The position numbers and the translations under genes were made by a program. A stretch of 63,890 nucleotides of DNA, filler included, from Squatina squatina (taxonomy: Eukaryota): the NCBI GenBank assembly GCA_031763465.1. It is 3 parts of 3 records of this genome, joined end to end, with 100 filler letters (N's around TTAATTAATTAA, not from the genome) between each part and the next. Parts side by side here need not be neighbours in the genome. Positions count along the whole stretch, not along the records: positions 1 to 22,119 come from JARFOE010000080.1; 2 more parts are not named here. One strand, given 5' to 3'. Of this stretch, positions 1-11,318 are shown in pieces; the first letter of the stretch is position 1; every line of letters starts with the position of its first letter. Below the pieces are notes generated by a model. That model had not been told where the DNA came from. It saw only the letters and a program-made list of their open reading frames with translations, and ran no database searches.

Positions 1-319
1 GAAAAATCCAATTGGTTCTGTAAGAGGCAAGCATTCCGCCCAGGTCATGCTTAACAGATTGTAAAGATGGACATCTTTATTTTAATCATTATATGAATTG
101 TTTTCAGGATTTTAGATTTAATTTTAAAAATTCGAATTGTATTCTGCTCTAGAGCAGGTTCTAACTGAAGTCATACACGTGAGATTATTCAGTCACTTAC
201 TGGGGATTGCCTTCGTCACGGGTTTTTACAGTGTGAGTATCTTTTCCTAGATGGGCTGGAACCAACACTATAGAGCCCTGCCGACCCTTTAAATGATGTA
301 GAGGGGCACCCATACACTC

Positions 320-615
320 AAGTACCCCTGCTGGATGTCAATCCAGTATTCAAAGTATTCAGACTCAGTGCTGCACTCACCAGACGTGGCTGGAGTGGGG
401 CCCGAACCCAACCCTACGACTCGGGCGAGAATACAGCCACTAAACCAGTGCTCACTCAATCTGGACACGAGTACCCTGCTGGATGTCAACCCAGTATTTA
501 GAGACCATATTCTAGTCTCCACTCACTGGGGTTGTCTTTACTGGGGCTCAAACCCTTCACCTTCTAACTCGGGGGTGGGGTGCGGGGAGAGGGTGGAATG
601 CTACCACTAACTAAA
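320..615 (-). mobile_element. Two tandem decayed tRNA-derived SINE head fragments
   Basis: AGTACCC(C)TGCTGGATGTCAA(T/C)CCAGTATT occurs twice (~321, ~469). Each copy is followed by a GGGG..(G/A)AACCC..(C)CT(A/T)C(G/T)..ACTCGGG segment like the reverse-complemented tRNA-like SINE head at 48440-48480. Confidence 0.5.
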
Positions 616-774
616 GGCTTACTGATATTTAAGAGTTAGTCTGATTGTCTCATGAGACGGTGGGGTGGCAATATGGCATTACTGCGTATATATGCTTTTA
701 AGCGGTTGTTGTAAAAGTTGCCCACGGACAATAAGGCTGTGCTCAATGGGGTTCGTGGCCTGCTCAGTACAAAA

Positions 775-793
775 AAAATTAGAGGGAACATTG
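775..793 (-). mobile_element. hAT-like DNA transposon terminal repeat (CAATGTTCCCTCTAATTT)
   Basis: AAATTAGAGGGAACATTG; its reverse complement starts CAATGTTCCCTCTAA, resembling fish non-autonomous hAT termini as recalled. No partner end found. Confidence 0.35.
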
Positions 794-2744
794 CCAATGA
801 ATCCCTCTCTTTTCAGGGACAGTAATAAGTTGTTCAATATGCATGCAGTGGGTGAAATGGGCTGCACTCACTGCTTGGTTCCACTTATACACGTGAGTGA
901 GAGTGAAGTAAGGTGAACTAATTATATAAAAAAATGTTCCGGTCTCTTTCCCTAGCCTCTCCTTGCTCTTTTAGGCCTCTCCTCGCCAGTGTCTGACCCC
1001 GCAGGTCCGCTATGTTTATATGCTAGCTCACCTTTTTGTGTGACAGTGCCTCAAGGTATTATTTACTCTACATACTAGTTACATTTGTGATGGATGTTAC
1101 TGCAAAGCCAGTATAATCCCTTGGTGGACAGTCCTCTGCTATGTTAGAGGGCATATGAATGTACTTGGCTTTATTTCATCTACGTTCTAAAACAAGCACT
1201 GGTGAAGTCAAGAATGAAGTCAAAGAATGCTGAAATGCAAATCTATTGCTGACAGGCTGCAGAAAAATATCCAGATGATTCTTTTTAGTCCGTATACTGA
1301 CTTTGTCAAAATAATTTGTGTGCATATCCTGTTTTATAGAACAAGTATTTCAAATGTACTATGACCATTATTTTTGTTGATGTTAGTTAATTCCCTAACC
1401 ATTTCCTTTGTTGTCACTTAAACTGTTAATAAACACAAAATTTAGGTGTCAATCAAAAGTATTATGTTTGAACTTTGATGCTCCCATATCATGATCCAAC
1501 CACTTATTATTCACATTTTCCCCTCTATTTGTAATCTGATTTTAATGTGTGAATAGAAATATGCTAAAGAAGTTTATGGAGCAATTAAACTATCTCCCTC
1601 CTTTTTCTTAAATGTGTTAATTTCCTTTAAAAAATGGTTTCCCCTCTAAATTATATAATTGTATTTGTATCAACTTTCATATTATTCTAACTTGCAATGT
1701 CTCGCCTTTCCACTGTTTAACTTTTATTGCTTGTTTCTAGATTTTTTTCTCTGTTATTTCACTGGCTCTTTTACTTTTTTGATTTTTCAATTCTTTTCAT
1801 TCATTACTTTTTTTTCGACTCCCGTCCCAAGTCCCCGCTGCCAAACCCATAGATAAGTTGTGCAGACATGTGTCCCGCAATAAAATAACAATTAAAGTTC
1901 CAAGAGAAAATGTGAATTATGCGTATTTTCTCAGAGTGAAGCATCTCAGTGGCCATTTAATAGTTCCCATGGGAACCAAAAAGTCCTCAGGACAGCATTC
2001 TTAACAATTATTTGCATGTGTTCATTTTTTTAAGCTCAGGATACTTTGAAACATGGGCATCCCTGTAGAAATGGAAACACTCGGGGGCGAAAATTCCGTA
2101 CTCTCGGCACGCGTACAAAGTGCGCACCTGCCCGGAGAGGCCCTGCACTGCGCATGCTCCTAAACCCGGAACTCCAGATCGGCCGCTTCCACTGGAGCAG
2201 GGCTTTCCTGAGCGGAGAATTNNNNNNNNNNNNNNNNNNNNNNNNNNNNNNNNNNNNNNNNNNNNNNNNNNNNNNNNNNNNNNNNNNNNNNNNNNNNNNN
2301 NNNNNNNNNNNNNNNNNNNNNCTCTTCAGTCCTGCCATCCCAGGAATCAGTCTGGTGAACCTTCGCTGCACTCCATTGCAAGAACATCAAGTTCCATGCT
2401 ATATGCTCAGGTCCTGCAGCAATGCCGTAGCCAGGAATGGGAATTTGCGTGGGCCCCAACTTATAGTGGACTGGCAATGACCAAAGGTCTGCCGTCACAA
2501 CAAATCATTTATTTTGCAAATGTTTTAAAACAATTAAAATCCCAAATACATTAAATTTTGCCCTTGCACATCCATTTACCATGCCTTAAATAGACAAAAA
2601 AGTAGATACTACATAAATCTACAGCAATCTTTCAAACAATATGTTACTTGTGGGGGAAAAGGTATCTTCTATATCCTGGATGTTTCCAATGATATTGAAA
2701 CAATCCTGTGTAAATTTTATGCATGTTTTTCATATTAAATTTAG

Positions 2745-2902
2745 GGCACTTCAAGAGAGCTGTGAAAGTTGCAACAGGGCAAGAATTGTCAGATAATGTT
2801 CTTGACACCGTATTCAAGATCTTTGATGTGGATGGAGATGGATGTCTGAGCAAACGAGAATTCCTTGGAGTGATTATGACCAGGCTCCATCGTGGCTTGA
2901 AG
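2745..2902 (+). CDS. MICU2: Calcium uptake protein 2, mitochondrial; internal exon with C-terminal EF-hand
   Basis: ttag|G acceptor and AAG|gtaata donor. Translates HFKRAVKVATGQELSDNVLDTVFKIFDVDGDGCLSKREFLGVIMTRLHRGLK with EF-hand loop DVDGDGCLSKRE. Matches MICU2 (EFKRAVKVATGQELS..ILDTVFKIFDLDGD..LS..EFLGV) and lies upstream of ZDHHC20 as in tetrapods. Confidence 0.92.
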
Positions 2903-2989
2903 GTAATAAATTCTAAATAAGGTTGCTGCATTTTGCAAACCAATGGATAGAAATACAAATGGTGCAATATTATCCATAACTTCACATTT

Positions 2990-3240
2990 TACAGACCCGA
3001 CATCCACCGCCTTTTGGGGAAGATTTCCACTATCCTCTGTGTGGAAAAAGTGCTTTCTGCTTTCACTCCTAAATGGCCTAGCTCTTATTTTAAGATTATG
3101 CCCCCTCAATCTTGATTCCCAACCCTGCCGAATCCTTCACACATTTTAAATACCTCAATCAGATCACCTCTCAATCTCCTCTACTCAAGGAAATACTATT
3201 TAACCCTCTTTAAGCTCCAGTATCATTCTAGTGAATGTGA
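2990..3240 (-). mobile_element. CR1 LINE 3' ORF2 fragment, decayed
   Basis: Similar to the 3' part of the larger CR1 copy at 8542-9670 (CCACCGCCTTTTGGGGAAGATTTCCAC..CTCTGTGTGGAAAAAGTGCTTTC..AAATGGCCTAGCTCTTATTTTAAGATTATGCCCC). A further short fragment lies at 2322-2378. Confidence 0.7.
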
Positions 3241-3379
3241 CGGCTGAGATGGCCCTGAAATTCCATGATGGTTCTCCTGATCTCCTTTGGTAGCTTTGGT
3301 GGGACATCAGTGGAACCCCCAAGAGAAATGATGCCAATATCCAAAAATGGAGATCGTGAGAATCCCTGCGGAAGTCCAG

Positions 3380-3567
3380 GACACGATCATCAACTCAGAC
3401 AATGGGAAAAAACATTAAGGAGACTAAAATCATAGGAGAGACAAAGAATGTGTGAGGCAGGGGAAGATAAATGATGACGATCTGGTCAAACAGGGTGGGA
3501 TCAGAAGCCTGAAGACAAGAAAAGCAAGGGAGACGCCAGGACAATTCGGGAGGTTTGACAACCCTAG
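3380..3567. mobile_element. hAT (Tip100-like) non-autonomous element end
   Basis: Ends ..CCAGGACAATTCGGGAGGTTTGACAACCCTA (reverse complement TAGGGTTGTCAAACCTCC). A related left end TAGGGTTGCTGAGCCTCCAG lies at ~30647. Confidence 0.45.
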
Positions 3568-4887
3568 TGAATCTCTCTCACCTCGCCCTCCCCCTGCCAT
3601 CCCTTCCTCCCGATGCCTACAAAGCCATCCCACATCTCCAGCAATCTCAGCTGCAATGGAAGTGGAGACTAGTTAAGGACTGTAGTTGAAAGCCCAGCGG
3701 GCTGCAGAGTGCCCAGGAAAAACTCGGCTTCATTGGAACAGTGTAGAGGGCCAAAGGCAGAGAGGTCGCAGTGAGAGTGGGAGCTTGACGGGGAACTGAA
3801 ATGGTATGCGACAGACGCTCAGGGTCACACTTGTTCATTTTAGGAAAATTATGCGAACACAAGCCTGGGATTTTGGCAGATGGAAATCGTGGGGCTGGGC
3901 TGTGGAATTTCCTGATATGCAAAATGGCTTTGTGTCGCTGCCTGGAGACATGTAACAAAACATAAACATAATTCCAGCCCGGCCTGGCCTGTTTAAGTGG
4001 TTTCCAGCAGAAGATGTAATTCCACTGCCAGATAGGAAGGTGCAGGATAAGTGGAGGCTGATAGGTTTATTTATTTTTTGCCAGTGTCATTGTAAACCTT
4101 TAGTTTGTAATAATGGGTGCGTTGCAAAAGCCTAGCTCTCAGTTCCCAGTAATGTTTTTTTAAATCCAGGAAATGGTAACTTCGCTTTGGCTCCAGGTTG
4201 AAATATGACTCACCCAAGGCCATTGTACAAGTGCACGCACAACAATGGTGAATTCTTCACNNNNNNNNNNNNNNNNNNNNNNNNNNNNNNNNNNNNNNNN
4301 NNNNNNNNNNNNNNNNNNNNNNNNNNNNNNNNNNNNNNNNNNNNNNNNNNNNNNNNNNNNNNNNNNNNNNNNNNNNNNNNNNNNNNNNNNNNNNNNNNNN
4401 NNNNNNNNNNNNNNNNNNNNNNNNNNNNNNNNNNNNNNNNNNNNNNNNNNNNNNNNNNNNNNNNNNNNNNNNNNNNNNNNNNNNNNNNNNNNNNNNNNNN
4501 NNNNNNNNNNNNNNNNNNNNNNNNNNNNNNNNNNNNNNNNNNNNNNNNNNNNNNNNNNNNNNNNNNNNNNNNNNNNNNNNNNNNNNNNNNNNNNNNNNNN
4601 NNNNNNNNNNNNNNNNNNNNNNNNNNNNNNNNNNNNNNNNNNNNNNNNNNNNNNNNNNNNNNNNNNNNNNNNNNNNNNNNNNNNNNNNNNNNNNNNNNNN
4701 NNNNNNNNNNNNNNNNNNNNNNNNNNNNNNNNNNNNNNNNNNNNNNNNNNNNNNNNNNNNNNNNNNNNNNNNNNNNNNNNNNNNNNNNNNNNNNNNNNNN
4801 NNNNNNNNNNNNNNNNNNNNNNNNNNNNNNNNNNNNNNNNNNNNNNNNNNNNNNNNNNNNNNNNNNNNNNNNNNNNNNNNNNNNNNN

Positions 4888-4916
4888 GGAAACAGACTGG
4901 AAGAAGCCCCTGTTAA
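4888..4916 (+). CDS. MICU2: Probable tail of the MICU2 last coding exon (start hidden in gap)
   Basis: After the gap it reads (W)KQTGRSPC-stop, aligning to the recalled MICU2 C-terminus WKQAGKGLF-stop. AT-rich UTR-like sequence follows, with AATAAA signals (e.g. 5775-5780). Confidence 0.55.
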
Positions 4917-6062
4917 TGCTACTGAGCATAAGATGTTTCTGTATAAAATAATCCAATACCATACACGAGAGCTTGCTTGTTGAGGAAACTTGTCACAGTG
5001 GATTTAAAAAGAACTACAGAATATCTGGGGTTCCTAGAAAGCGTAGAGAGTTTAATAAAATGTCATAAATATATCTTGTTTACATACATAAACTGTGTGT
5101 TTACAGAAAAATAAAGCAACATTGTCTTCATGAAAATGTATTTGGCAAGTCTTTTCTCATTTGTTTANNNNNNNNNNATATCGTTGTGATGAAGATAGTA
5201 CATGGTCTTTCTGGCTCTTTTGCTCTTGAAATAACATCCAGCACATTTTCATGAAGGCAATGCACTTTAAATAACATTAGACCAGTTGTTCTTTTGTGAT
5301 TTGATTTTTTTTTAGTTATCCATATATTAGGGGGATAGTAATTGTATCAGTTTATTAAGAAATGTTCTTTAAAAACATGAAACATTTAATCTGTGCTACT
5401 TCAATGCAAGGCACGAAATATTCAGGAACTTTATTGAATGTTTCTTCAATTTATGTTGTACAACTGTGCTTTAAGAAACTCAGACAAAAAAATTACTTTC
5501 AAAAATTAATGAATTTATTTTTTAAACATTAATTAGTCTAAAATGTAAAATTCTACAATACATTATAAAATTGAAGGTAATTTTTGCACATGGTGCATCT
5601 ATCATGGGGATCATGAGGCAATTATTCTTCAACCCTATTTACTTTTTAGATGTTGGTTAAAAGAACCCATCAATTTTGTTACTTCATATTTGAATATTTA
5701 AGGAATACAATAATCTTATCAAAATCTAGAACTGCATCTGGAATCTCTTAAATCTGCACTGTTTCTTTTGCACTAATAAAGTTTAGCTTGTGAAATCTGT
5801 GTTTTAATTTATTATGTGTCAGAACATGCACGACCAGTTCAAGCCTTTTCTTAGCACACCAAGGGAGCAACAAACATTCCTTTTATCCAATTGTTGTTAA
5901 AATATTTGCTGTAATCATGATGGTATGTAACTACATGATATNNNNNNNNNNNNNNNNNNNNNNNNNNNNNNNNNNNNNNNNNNNNNNNNNNNNNNNNNNN
6001 NNNNNNNNNNNNNNNNNNNNNNNNNNNNNNNNNNNNNNNNNCGATAGTACATCTCCTTCCCA

Positions 6063-6290
6063 TATAGCCGGCACACTCAACACGACAGACCTGTGTACTT
6101 TGCCTGTATGGCCAACTCCCCCAGGGTCCATGGTGCCATTGGTTGTAGGCACTTTGCCCTTCTTCCACCTTTGCGTCGTCCGGATGTCTTCCGAAATCGA
6201 AAGGTCTTCCACACGTTGAATGTCCAACTCATGGGCGACCACAAAAAGAAGTTCATGGTCTTTGATGCAACGTGGCTCCCCAGTGTCCTC
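6063..6290 (+). mobile_element. PIF/Harbinger transposase (HARBI1-like DDE) fragment, decayed
   Basis: Translates PRVHGAIGCRHFALLPPLRRPDVFRNRKVFHTLNVQLMGDHKKKFMVFDATWLPS. This matches the Harbinger motif GAIDCTH...NRKGFHS(I/L)NVQLVCD; the first catalytic D reads G here. Confidence 0.85.
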
Positions 6291-6597
6291 CCCTATATCC
6301 TTGCCACCTCTCATTCAAGATTTGTCAATTGTGACGCTTCTCCACTGTCTGCATCTCTCCTCCTCCTCTGAATCCTCAATGCTGCCAGTTTAGCTTGCAA
6401 AAACAAGGTGAAGTGAATGACTGGGAGATGTTCCCTTTCAAGTTGTCATGTGCTGTGATTGGCAAGAGGCGTGTCATCACCCGTGTGCATGATTATGCAG
6501 AGTTCCTGTGTAAGCAGCTCTTTGACTGTGTGAAGACTATGGTATTGCTGAAGGAGTAAGGTTGCGACGAGGCGCCCATTGTGACAAATACACTAAC

Positions 6598-6830
6598 CTT
6601 CACAACTCGTGTCAGATCATTAAATTTCTTTCGCCATTGCATGGCATTCCTCAGTGTTAGATCCATGGACAACACAGCATTTGCCACCTCCCTCCAAGCT
6701 CTTCAGATCATCTTTGCCGTCCCCCATCATCTGGCCACAGGAGACATGTGCCCGACCCTCCTGCCCACTGCAGCTATGAGTACCCCAAGGGCTTTGTCAG
6801 TGAACCGGGGTGCCTTCAGTCTCGTGCCAT
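6598..6830 (-). mobile_element. Harbinger Myb/SANT-like DNA-binding protein exon 1, pseudogenised
   Basis: KAPRFTDKALGVLIAAVGRR...AR*WGTAKMI*RAWREVANAVLSMDLTLRNAMQWRKKFNDLTRVVK|gttagt. It is convergent with the transposase fragment, a typical two-gene Harbinger layout, and has two in-frame stops. Confidence 0.8.
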
Positions 6831-7186
6831 CTCGTCTCTCCTCTCCTTTATCCCACCAACACTTTATCCTCACCAGCTCCTCCAACACTGATCTAAGCAG
6901 TGGTTGTATGTGGAAAAGTGCCCCCCTTTAAATATGAGTTTGCCTAAGAACTGATTGGAAGCAGTTAGGCTTAATGAGCAATTCGAGTGCTGAAATAAAC
7001 TAAGATAATCAGCCCTTTAGTGCTGAAGTTAGCACTTCTTTTTAAAGCTGTCAGAACTTATTTTTCAAAATGTCAAATTGCAGGCCTTAAAGGGAAAATT
7101 CAAAGAGCAACTTTGCGCTCACCAATTTGTTCCTTCGCGCCAGAAACTCAGGGCAATCTAATTGGCTGCCCCAGAAATTCAAAAGG

Positions 7187-7340
7187 GCCATGGCCATACC
7201 ATTTCACGATATTAAAAGCTACTTGGTATAAACACTTTAAAAGCTCAATGAGCCATGGCCATGCCGAACCTTACTTCCCTGTACTGAATGATTGAAGGCT
7301 GCCTGGTACAAACACTTTAAAATCGAAATGAACAATGGCC
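7187..7340 (+). repeat. Imperfect tandem duplication (~65-80 bp units) in the ZDHHC20 proximal promoter
   Basis: GCCATGGCCAT at 7187 and 7252. TGGTATAAACACTTTAAAAGCTCAATGAGCCATGGCC (7224-7260) vs TGGTACAAACACTTTAAAATCGAAATGAACAATGGCC (7304-7340). Confidence 0.8.
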
Positions 7341-7900
7341 GTGCTCCAACGAGACCAGGTGACGGCCACCCCCGAGGCCCCGCCCACAGGTGGCGTGCCT
7401 GTGCGTGCTGCCGCTGTCAGCCATGACTTCAGATGGGGGGGAGGGAGGAAGATGGCGCCGTTTCATGTCCTGAGGTGTTGTCAACGGGTGGTCGGCTGGA
7501 TCCCTGTCATTTTTATCGCACTCGTTGCCTGTTGGTCTTACTACGCTTATGTGGTAGAATTATGCATCTGTGAGTAAAAGATCAACACACACGTACTGAT
7601 CTGTAGCCGTTCCTTTTTATTTGATCATTTTATTAATGCAGGCGGGGCAGCCCTGGAGTTAAGAGCAAGCGAGCGCTGGAGGAACCGACCGTGTTGGTCT
7701 CCCTGTCCAAGCCGGGCGAGGAGTCTCTCCCGGGCGTCACGCACAGGCTCGGGCCCGGCCGGGGATTTAAAGGTGGCGATGCGGGGAGTGCGAGGACTGG
7801 AGNNNNNNNNNNTGTCGCACGGGCGGTTTATAATCCGCAGGCAGCGATCTGGTCCCCGGTCCCCAGCAACCTACAGTCAGTCCGGCTGCAGATGACCACG
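7340..7900 (+). promoter_or_regulatory. ZDHHC20: CpG-island-like promoter / first exon region of ZDHHC20
   Basis: GC- and CpG-rich against an AT-rich background. GC-box-like CCCCGCCC at ~7378-7385 and YY1-like AAGATGGCG overlapping the start codon. Confidence 0.65.
7452..7569 (+). CDS. ZDHHC20: Palmitoyltransferase ZDHHC20, first coding exon
   Basis: AAGATGG Kozak. Translates [39 protein letters not shown] then T|gtgagt donor; matches the ZDHHC20 N-terminus ([15 protein letters not shown]...[11 protein letters not shown]). Confidence 0.95.
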
Positions 7901-8348
7901 GTAACAACCCTGTGCATTTGATCAGCTTAAACTGAAGAGTCTGGCCAGAAAAAGATTTAACTTGTGATCGAATCGATTTTGATTTTGAACATTGTCACCT
8001 GTAGAATTGCTTTGTTGTTTTTCAAAATACTTACTCTAATAGCTGGAACATACTGGGCTCAAATACCTTAAAGCTTGTTCCATTGGCTTTGGAAANNNNN
8101 NNNNNNNNNNNNNNNNNNNNNNNNNNNNNNNNNNNNNNNNNNNNNNNNNNNNNNNNNNNNNNNNNNNNNNNNNNNNNNNNNNNNNNNNNNNNNNNCAAAG
8201 CCAAAATGTACCGATGTGTTGTAAGCTTCTGTGATTCTAGGATCCTGATTCTAGGATAGCTTGGACTCTTGGAAAAAAATACATCTCTGACAATAGAGCA
8301 TTATATTTTTGCTAATTTTAAAGTGCTCTTTTTTCCCTTCTGTTTCAG

Positions 8349-8443
8349 TTGTCTACCTTGTGGTGTTCCATCTATCTTTTGTCATGTTTATGTGGTCCTA
8401 TTGGAAGACTATTTTTACACCCCCAGCCAAGCCATCAAAAGAG
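8349..8443 (+). CDS. ZDHHC20: ZDHHC20 internal exon (TM2)
   Basis: tttcag| acceptor and GAG|gtgagt donor; VYLVVFHLSFVMFMWSYWKTIFTPPAKPSKE. Confidence 0.95.
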
Positions 8444-8541
8444 GTGAGTGCTGAATTGTCTGAGATTGATTGATTGAGTCCTATGAGTGATTATCATTTA
8501 ATAGTTCTCAGAAATGCTGATTCTAACACACAACTTAAAAT

Positions 8542-9670
8542 CATAAGAACATAATAAATAGGAGCAGGAATAGGCCATTTGGTCCTTCGGGCCTACTCTG
8601 CCATTCAGCAAGATCATGGCTGATCTTCTACCTCAACCCCATCTTCCCACACTACCCCCATATCCCTTAATTACCTTAGTTCCCAAAAATTTATCAAACT
8701 CTGTCTTGAATATACTCAACAACTGAGCATCCGGGCTCTCTGGGGTAGAGAATTCCAAAGATGGAGAATTCCATCAGTGAAGAAATTTCTACTCATCTCA
8801 GTCCGAAATGACCAATCCTTTATTCTGAGACTGTGACCCCATGTTCTAAATTCCCCAGCCAGAGAAACATTTTCTCAGCATTAACCCTGTCAAGCCCCTT
8901 AAGAATGTTATGTTTCAATTAGATCATCTCTCATTCCTCTAAACTCTAGGGAATATAGGTTTCATCTACTCAATCTCCCCTCATCTTAGGAACCAGTCCA
9001 GTGAACCTTCATTGCACTCCCTCTAAGGCAAGTATCTCTTTCCTTGGGTAAGGAGACTAGAACTGTACATAATACTCCAAGTGTGGCCTCACCTATGCCC
9101 TGTATAGTTGTAGCAAGGCTTCTATACTCTTATACTCTAATCCCTTTGCAACAAAAGCTAACGTACCATTTGCTTTCCCAATCGCTTGCTGTACCTGCAT
9201 ATTAACTTTCTGTGATTCATGTACAAGGACACCCAGGTCCCGCTGAGTGCAAACATTTCCCATTCTCTCACCACTCAAAAAATAATCTGCTTTTTTGTTT
9301 TTCCTACTAAAGTATATAACTTCACACTTCCCCACATTGTATTCCATTTGTCATGTTCTTGCCCACTCAGTCAACCTGTCTATATCTCTCTGCAGCCTCT
9401 TTGCATCCTCCTCACAGCTTACTTGCCCACCTAACTTTGTATCATCAGCAAATTTGGATACGTTACACTCAGTCCCTTCATCTAAGTCATTGATATAGAT
9501 TGTGAATAGCTGAGGCCCAAGCACTGGTCCTTGTGGTACCCCACTAGTCACAGCCTGCCAACATGAAAAAGCTCCATTTATTCCTACTCTTTGTTTTCTG
9601 TCCATCAACCAATCCTCAATCCATGCTCATATATTACCTCCAATTCCATGAGTCCTAATTTTGTGCAATA
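8542..9670 (-). mobile_element. CR1 LINE, 5'-truncated, RT domain to 3' tail
   Basis: Minus-strand ORFs [53 protein letters not shown] and YNVGKCEVIYF..RDLGVLVHESQK. 3' tail CATAAGAACATAA..AATAGGAGCAGG. Confidence 0.95.
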
Positions 9671-10057
9671 AGGTTGCTGAATAAGAGTCCACCATTGAGA
9701 TTTGCACAGTCAGAATGGAACAGTTGCCTATACTGCAGTCAGCAATAAATTACAGGCATCACATCTGACAACTGCATTGGAGACTCTCTGATATAGACAT
9801 AGGTAAATGAAAGGATTGAAGGCTCAAGCTGCTGCCACAAGTCTGCCTCAACTCCATGAAGCAGTTTTGGTTGTCTTCCTACCTTTGTGGAATAGCTCCC
9901 GGATGGAGGATAGGTTTAGACCACTTCGAAGACCACAGGGCTATGCTTGTGCAGATCAAGAGCCTGGAGGCATCTACCCAGTATCCCAGACACAGAGATT
10001 AGATTATTCAGCTGGTTTTAACGATGGACCATGAATTCACATGTTACAGTGTACATT

Positions 10058-10170
10058 AAGCTGAACATACGTCCCCATTTTCTGGGGACAATCCCCGGAT
10101 TAGGTACTATGTCCCTGGGCAAACTATGTTCCTGAAAAAATCCCCAGTTCACAAATCTTGTCCCCGAATA
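10058..10170. mobile_element. Decayed hAT (Blackjack-like) element end
   Basis: TAAGCTGAACATACGTCCCCATTTCTGGGGACAATCCCCGG resembles recalled TAGGGTGACCATACGTCCC..GGGACAGTCCCGG termini. Confidence 0.35.
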
Positions 10171-10749
10171 GAGCCATATTCATTGGTCCGCTGGTTGGCA
10201 GGTGTCGGATTTTAACTTTAATTTTGGATAAACTGGAAGAAATCAATCTTTGTTTTTTTTAAACATGAATGTACAGAAACCCTGGGGGCAGCTTTTTGCC
10301 CTGATCACGCCCGGTTTGAGCTCAAGAACAGATTCCAGGAGCCGGTTGAATGGAGGCGACAATGGTGGCCCCGGATTCCCACAAAGCAGCACGGCGAAGA
10401 AATGGCCCCATCGATAGCTCGGTGGGGAATTGAGTCACCTGACCCCATGCTTCGGCCAGTAGTGACTGGCCAGAGGGCAAAACCTTTGAAATGCGGGGCA
10501 GAAGCCCAGGCCACGGTGAGAGCTGGTGGGTGAGTGGATTTACTTTACCTCAGAGATCAATATGGTGCATCGTGTTTTTTTAATTGAATAAGTCAAGTTC
10601 TAAATTCTCCCGCTGGGAAGCCGTTTCTGAAACTTTCTGAGACAGAGGGNNNNNNNNNNNNNNNNNNNNNNNNNNNNNNNNNNNNNNNNNNNNNNNNNNN
10701 NNNNNNNNNNNNNNNNNNNNNNNNNNNNNNNNNNNNNNNNNNNNNNNNN

Positions 10750-10899
10750 CCTGGGATCCATGGGCCATTACACTGCCCTCCACCTCGAGGCCTGAGACTG
10801 CAAGTTTTTGCAGCCTCACCGTCAGCAGATCGGTGCATAATTATTTCATGGATCGGAGGCGTTCTCTGGAGGTACGCCTCCGACCGCAATTTTTGGCCC
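10750..10899. mobile_element. End of GC-rich non-autonomous element with terminal hairpin
   Basis: GATCGGAGGCGTTCTCTGGAGGTACGCCTCCGACCGCAATTTTTGGCCC; same family as 27107-27212 and 28218-28334. Confidence 0.65.
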
Positions 10900-11197
10900 A
10901 TTATATTACATATTCTGTTTGGAAGATTATATATTGTATCAATATAGGAAACTTGATGAAATTGAAATGGCTGGTTGTCAGGTTAATGTAATAAGTTACA
11001 GAATTGTACTAGGGAAATGGTGAGGCCTCAAAAGATTATTTTTTGAGCATGTTTACTCAAAGATATAAAAATGTTATAAGTGGAGTTTTAATCGAAGTTT
11101 GGAGTAATGTAAAGTAGGACTTATAATAGATCCTAAGGAAAAAGATTGTAGTGAACTTTAGAACTGAATGTAATGGTGCTCCATTTACTTCTTGCAG

Positions 11198-11318
11198 TTC
11201 AGTTTGGTCAAAACCGATAAGGAACAGTATGATCGGGAAGAAAGACCAGAAACACAGCAAGAAATTCTCAAAAGAGTTGCCAGAGACTTGCCTCTTTACA
11301 CCAGAACTGCAAATGGAG
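11198..11318 (+). CDS. ZDHHC20: ZDHHC20 internal exon preceding the DHHC cysteine-rich domain
   Basis: cttgcag| acceptor and G|gtaaat donor; FSLVKTDKEQYDREERPETQQEILKRVARDLPLYTRTANG. Phase 0 start continues from the 8349-8443 exon. Confidence 0.95.

Noticed and set aside
153-232. AG...GTGAGT-bounded segment as an upstream MICU2 exon
   Set aside because: The only open frame (EQVLTEVIHVRLFSHLLG..) does not resemble MICU2.
4205-4962. Long ORFs spanning N runs (also 12733-13737, 35553-36155 and many others)
   Set aside because: Artefacts of translating through assembly gaps.
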